Of a stretch of DNA of 64,000 bases, positions 58,788 through 64,000 are shown one piece after another. Made by a program: the position numbers and the translations under genes. This DNA is from Selaginella moellendorffii. Taxonomy: Eukaryota > Plantae > Lycopodiophyta. The notes beneath the pieces are model-generated. The model had not been told where the DNA came from and ran no database searches. It saw nothing but the letters and a program-made list of their open reading frames with translations. Location of the stretch: positions 2,376,408 to 2,440,407 of the forward strand of contig NW_003314278.1 in assembly GCF_000143415.4 (NCBI RefSeq). Reading direction: 5' to 3'. Every line of letters begins with the position of its first letter. Position 1 is the first letter of the stretch.

Positions 58788-59993
58788 TTAGCTGCAAGAG
58801 GAGAATGGCAGTGGCGTGCTACACCATGGACACACCGTGGAAGGATCGCTCTCGAAGAAACTGGCCAGGCGCATGGTTGTCTGGAGGGAGATCTTATTGG
58901 AGGAGATCATGTGAGTCAGCACGTGACTCAGCTTCTTGTTCCAGAGGCCCTCCACGTAGGCGAGAACCACGTCCCACGTCGGCAGCCCCACGGCGATGGC
59001 GTCCAGGTAGACCTCGAGGAATAGCTGATCGTAGTCGCGCAGTGGCATGCCATAATCCTGCTTCATCCCTTCCAGCCGCCGCAAGAGTAGCGATCGATCG
59101 CCGCGGCAGCTCCCCCAGTCGTCGTTGGGCATGAAGAATCTGACGAGCTCGGTCTTGAGCTCCTTCCAGCTCCGGATCCCTGGCGCCCCCGCGCGGCGCT
59201 CCGGCGTGAGATTGGGGGAATTCTTGGATCGCGGCGCCCCGCCATTGCGATCTTGGTGGGCGATCTTGGATGTTGGATCGTTCTTGTTGCATGGCGATGA
59301 CGAGCCGGAGCCGACAATGCGCCACCACTTGTGCGCGGCGCCCGAGAGATGGAAGACCGCGCAGTCGATCTTTTCCTGCTCGCTCATCGATGGGCCGCAA
59401 ATCTGGAAGAAACCGTCCATCTTGCTCACCCATTCCTCGATCGCGTCCGCGTCCCACTGCCCCTCGTAGACGGGGAGATCCACGCCCTTCCACCTGAAAA
59501 TCTCTAGCCGCTGGTGATCGAGATCGGGATCCCAGGACGAACTGGAGAGGGAATCCGGCGATGCCGATCCTGGTGCCGGTGACAAGAATCCGCCCCAGCC
59601 ATTCTCGTCCTCGTCGTCCGCGAATGGAAATTCCGGGATCACCAGAGGCGAGGATCGGGGGGAGGATCTGGGCGAGCTTTGGGGCTGGATCCTCCGCGGC
59701 GAAGGCGAGGGCGACGGCTGCCGCGGCCGCTGCTCGATCGCGGGATTCTCCTCGTCGGAGCGCACGAAGAGAGGATTGGCGTGTTCTTGGGGCTGCTGCT
59801 GCTGCTGCTGCTGCTGCCGGGGCGGGATTGGGACGATCTTGACGGCGTAGTGGTGGCGAACATCACTGATGCGCGAGCAGCAGCCGCCAAGATTCAATCC
59901 CAGGCCCATCCTGGCGTTGCGCCTGGAATCCACGAACGAAGGCGCCATGGCGGGCCTGTAAAAGCCAGATTCTTTGCGCTCGCCGCTATTCAT
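58788..59993 (-). CDS. Stand-alone retrotransposon Gag (capsid)-domain protein, ~401 aa, candidate domesticated gene
   Basis: LPVYEG..AIEEWVSKMDGFF..EKIDCAVFHLSGAAHKWW..SWKELKTELVRFF..MKQ..LRDY..YVEGL; intact ORF; no LTR, PBS or pol seen nearby. Confidence 0.8.
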   Translation of the reverse strand: MNSGERKESGFYRPAMAPSFVDSRRNARMGLGLNLGGCCSRISDVRHHYAVKIVPIPPRQQQQQQQQPQEHANPLFVRSDEENPAIEQRPRQPSPSPSPRRIQPQSSPRSSPRSSPLVIPEFPFADDEDENGWGGFLSPAPGSASPDSLSSSSWDPDLDHQRLEIFRWKGVDLPVYEGQWDADAIEEWVSKMDGFFQICGPSMSEQEKIDCAVFHLSGAAHKWWRIVGSGSSSPCNKNDPTSKIAHQDRNGGAPRSKNSPNLTPERRAGAPGIRSWKELKTELVRFFMPNDDWGSCRGDRSLLLRRLEGMKQDYGMPLRDYDQLFLEVYLDAIAVGLPTWDVVLAYVEGLWNKKLSHVLTHMISSNKISLQTTMRLASFFESDPSTVCPWCSTPLPFSSCS

Positions 59994-60734
59994 TGGCAAG
60001 AACACGAAGAACAAGGGCTCGCGCGGGGGAAAAGAAAACTCTGGGAAGAACACTAGCCCTAAGGAAATTTGACTAGTTCCGAACGTTGACGTTGACTAAC
60101 ATACACTCCTTTCAATGGCCCTTCTTTACACTAGAAGGAGCCTTGCATGGTCGGTATGCTGCACGACTTGATCCACATGTGCACCGAGTATGGAGCGTGG
60201 AGTGAGCAAGATTCTCAAACAACTCATAACACAGTTGCATTTTTGCATCCATCAATCTCATGCTTTAATAATGGGCACCACCAGATTATCAAAACAGAGA
60301 TAGAAAGATAGTGAACGCCAGGTTTCACTGCTGCATAGTTTTCAGGTCCTTGTTTGCTCTATGAAAGCCACCATAGCAGACAAATGTGCCTTCTCCTCAA
60401 GCACTCTTTGTCCAGCTTGCCAGAGCCTTAGAGAACAACGCAAGAAAAAGAAAAGTAATGAGAGTTTCCACGAAAACTCATGAAGAACAAGACAAGCAAA
60501 AGAAAACTAGGCATACTTTCAGTATCCTAGAGGCTTAGATTGCTCAAGAAGATGTGGCATACTTTCAATACCCGCTAGGCTTAGATTGCTCCATGCTGTT
60601 CCAACAACACCACCTGGGGACTGTGTTTTCCCCTAATTATTTCAGTTTCACCACATATGGTCTTTACATTATTTGTGGTAGATATCTCTACGGTGAAGAT
60701 ATGATTATTGAGGTGCCGTCATTGTTCTTTCTGG

Positions 60735-60990
60735 ATGAAGCATTGATCAGTTGGACCAGCGAGCAGCAAACTTCTATAGCTCTCTCATCAACAAAAGTTG
60801 AGTACACTAAAGCCTTGGCAGTACAAAAAGCAGTGTGGCTACAAGAAACAAATCAAAAGTCAAGCTCCACCTCTAGTGAAGAGTGACAAGCCATCTAACT
60901 ATGGAATCTGAGGTATCACTCAGATAAAACACTTTGATATCAAATTCAAGAGCAGGTACGCAAGAAGATTTCCTGGAGCATATCTCTACT
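60735..60990 (+). pseudogene. Ty1/Copia RNase H remnant
   Basis: LISWTSEQQTSIALSSTKVEY..AVWL resembles the Copia ISW.SKKQ.SVALSSTEAEY motif. Confidence 0.75.
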
Positions 60991-61499
60991 AAGTGCAACC
61001 AAAAGCATCTGATCTGTATATATAGTAACTCTATTGTAACTAAAATTGTGATGAGCTTAGTATATCTGCAGTCATTTCCTAGGTGGAGATATATAATCCA
61101 TTCAAATTTTGCTTGATGGCACTTCGATTGTCACATCTTTACTGAATATGAATTTGAATTTAGCACTATAGCCAACAGGCAGTTTTCACCCTTTTTCCCA
61201 GTTAAAACCTGTAAAACAGGTTTACCAAACTGGTTTATTTTTCAGTCCGATTATTATTTTACCAATTTAAAAGATTCAATCAATATATTCTTTTGAATAG
61301 AGACTTTATTGCTTTTTTAACCTACCTTTTCCCAAAGAGTAAAAGTATTTTTCAGTTTTTAACGCCCATGTTTAATTCTATAATTTTCAAAATGTTCTAT
61401 TTTCCATTCGAGAAAGTTATATGAAATTTCTGCCCTAAACATAAGAGTTGATGATATTCTAAACTCACGCTTTTTGAGTCTGTAACCTTATGATTTTTA

Positions 61500-62950
61500 G
61501 AACAGCAGCTGCATAGATGACGCCACAAGGCTGTTCGATGCAGATAGCCATGATCACCGCTTGTGCCGACCGCCCGTTTGGACGACACGGCAAGGTTCCC
61601 AGAGCAGGACATGTTCTCTTGGGATGCCCTCCTAGCCCCACTGCATTTGGACGTGGTGTCAACACTGATATCGGGTGGTACCCAATATCAGTGTCAGTAT
61701 CGGTGGTTTCCTCCACCAGGCCAAGAGACTCTCTGATAGAGTGCTGGATCGAAGCGTGATGCTGTGGACATCGGCCTCCAGGTTTGCATTCCTGGGCTGG
61801 TGTCTGTGGCACCCAAGGCTGAAAAGCTAGCGCTGTGTGAGATGGCCCTGCCTGCCTCAAGAAGCATCACCCCTCCTGGGTTCAGTTTTTTCCCCATTCT
61901 ACAACCAAGAAGCAAGTTTGTGTGACTAATGTTGGTTGGGCAATGAACAAGATCAAAACACTGGCAAGCTGAGATAAGAGGGGTACTCATCTTCGTCTTG
62001 AATCTGCAGGGCCTTCTCTACTTCAGGCTTTTCCAAACACGTCAAACACGTCGTGCTCTACCGTGGAGGTTGATGGGCTCGAGTTGGAACAAGCCATCAA
62101 TCTTCTCAATGGCCAAGATCTGCCACAATGGGAACGTGACATCGACATGCATTCTGGAGGAATGGAGGTTGATGGACTCGAGTGAGGGATCTCGATAAAT
62201 CCACACCAAGCCAAAGAGCTATGGAAAGCACTGGCAAGGCTGGATTACTAGATTAAGAACACTCCAACTGGATGTTTTTGCGAAAATCTCCAAGCCTGTG
62301 GTTTTTTTTTATGTATGAAGCTCAAATAGGGACTTGAGCAATCCAACCAGATCCAAAAATCAAATTCCACTAAATGGATATTTCCTAATTTTTGAAGTTA
62401 ATGTTTTTTACAGAAACAAAGAACAAAAAGTTATTTGAGCTAGAAAAAAAGAAAAACTGGGATCATCCAACGAGCTCTGTCTTTAGCTGACAATTATGTG
62501 TTGTATTTATCATCATTGGCATCCAAACCCTGTGTTCTTGGTTGCTCCAAGATGCTAAGCCTTGCAAGTCAGGATTTATCAGAGAACATTTGAGTGAAAG
62601 GAATACAAAGTTGAAAAACAAAGCTGGTTTTAGAATGCAAACCTGGAGGCCAAGCTACAAATGTCGTGGTTCCACTCCCGGGCAAGTATATCAATGTGCA
62701 AAACCACATTGGAACCATAGTCTTCTCTCCCATGCCACCGCTATATGAATCGACATCACAGCTTTGGGAGGGCAATGAAGGCTATGGTCTCCATCTGGCG
62801 ATGGTGATGGAGTGGCAATGCCATCAATTCGTGTGTGAAACAAAGACGCAATTTCCTGCAGCTCCATCCCCCAAGAAGGTAGAGCTTGCTGCCCAGAGCC
62901 TGGCACACGAATACCCATGCCTTTGGTGAGGAGGAATCCAGTGCCACTGG
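61500..62950. pseudogene. Scrambled kelch-repeat gene fragments plus a possible Copia gag scrap
   Basis: CQALGSKLYLLGG (minus strand, ~62860-62910); MQTWRP segment present in both orientations (~61780 and ~62640); LNGQDLPQWERDI at ~62105. Confidence 0.45.
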
Positions 62951-63109
62951 GTATCAAAACCTCTTATCGTCCAAGACTTGTCTGGCTCTGGAGTCTGGCG
63001 AATAGTTGATGATCAACTGCGAAAGGAGCAGCGCAAGTCTCCCGCACAGGGAAGCGTGCTGGATAGATGAGCTAAGCACCGGCAATGCGCATTCTTCTTG
63101 CTATCACTA

Positions 63110-63357
63110 TAATGCCCGGTTTGGACATATTGACAAGGAGATCAACGCCTTTCACTCGATTCAGGATCCAAATGTCTTCTCCTGGAAAATCCTTTTTCTT
63201 TTGCAGGAGAGGAAGTTTTTCGATGAGAAGTTCGTCCTACTAGACACCAAGACGTTGTGTGAGCTCAAGTTGGAAGTCGAAAGCCTTGAGATGGACTTGA
63301 CCAGTCGACTCTAGCTCGGATGATGGAAGGAAAGACACCGAAAGAGATCCGGACTAC
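63110..63357 (+). pseudogene. PPR scrap followed by a SKP1-like (ASK20/21-type) fragment
   Basis: ARFGHIDK..FHSIQDPNVFSW, then RKFFDEKFVLLDTKTLCEL..DLTSR..MEGKTPKEIR with a frameshift. Confidence 0.65.
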
Positions 63358-64000
63358 CAGACGATCTAACTTAAGTAGGAAGCTAATGTTATAGATCTCT
63401 AACAGGCATGATTACTCATTAAAGAGCTTGCGAACTGATTAATTCCTGCTCGGCTGTGGACAAGGAATGCATTTTTCTGGGAAGCTTTATCCAGATTGGA
63501 GATGTAGACATGGTGGCGTCGTTTAAATTGCAGCACAGCATGAGATGAAGCCAAAGAAAGGTTTGATCGATAAGAAGGATCAAATCTCATGAACACAATG
63601 TTAGAAGCATCAAATTCATGATCACGGCTCTTTCTCCCCAAGGTGGATATTGTGAAAAGCCTTGCTCTTTCAATTCGCTTAGGACCACCAAAACTACAAC
63701 ACAAGTCCGTCCACAAGCCATCCATCAGGCTGTCCGATCAGCAGGATTCCTCATCCCCTCCCGCTACTAGCGACAACTAATTAAGTTGCTTCGTTTCTTA
63801 CTTAGCTCAAGTTTAGGGTTCATCGTTGAAGGTCGGACGGGGGTTGTCCACTCTGCCCAGCGAGTAAAGAAAGTGAAGCTGTTTGCAACGAGAGGTATGA
63901 TCAACGGTAAAAGAAAGGCTAGTGGCAATCAAGAATTCGTGTTGAAACTCTCAACGTTTGAAGACGATGAAAAGGAGCCACATGATATGCTCAAACAACT

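Overview
Eukaryotic plant nuclear DNA. Very short introns and intergenic gaps, S-motif-rich PPR genes and the gene content suggest a compact lycophyte genome such as Selaginella (inference). Layout: (1) 1-7.9 kb is gene-dense: MACPF C-terminus, DUF789, DUF3537, a small conserved protein and an orphan RRM-like ORF. (2) About 8.9-25 kb is a nested retroelement island: a young ~5 kb Ty3/Gypsy element with 171-bp LTRs, a rearranged inverted fragment of it, an old decayed copy, several 5S-rRNA-bearing Cassandra-type TRIMs and a foldback element. (3) 27.9-60 kb is a dense run of genes: CC-type glutaredoxin, TRM82/WDR4, calmodulin, TBC RabGAP, two PPRs, INTS7, PIG-X, B3, PAK1IP1-like WD40, SHR-like GRAS, CBS/SnRK1-gamma, exosome MTR3-like and a receptor-like kinase. 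(4) 60-64 kb is a mosaic of gene and TE fragments. Top findings: an intact stand-alone Gag/capsid-domain gene with no LTR or pol (candidate domesticated gag, 58788-59993); a retrovirus-style -1 frameshift signal (G GGA AAC plus H-type pseudoknot) at the gag/pol junction of the Gypsy element; and a Cassandra-type TRIM family with a collinear 5S internal promoter, repeatedly nested in that Gypsy family. All family assignments are by eye and from memory; no searches were run.
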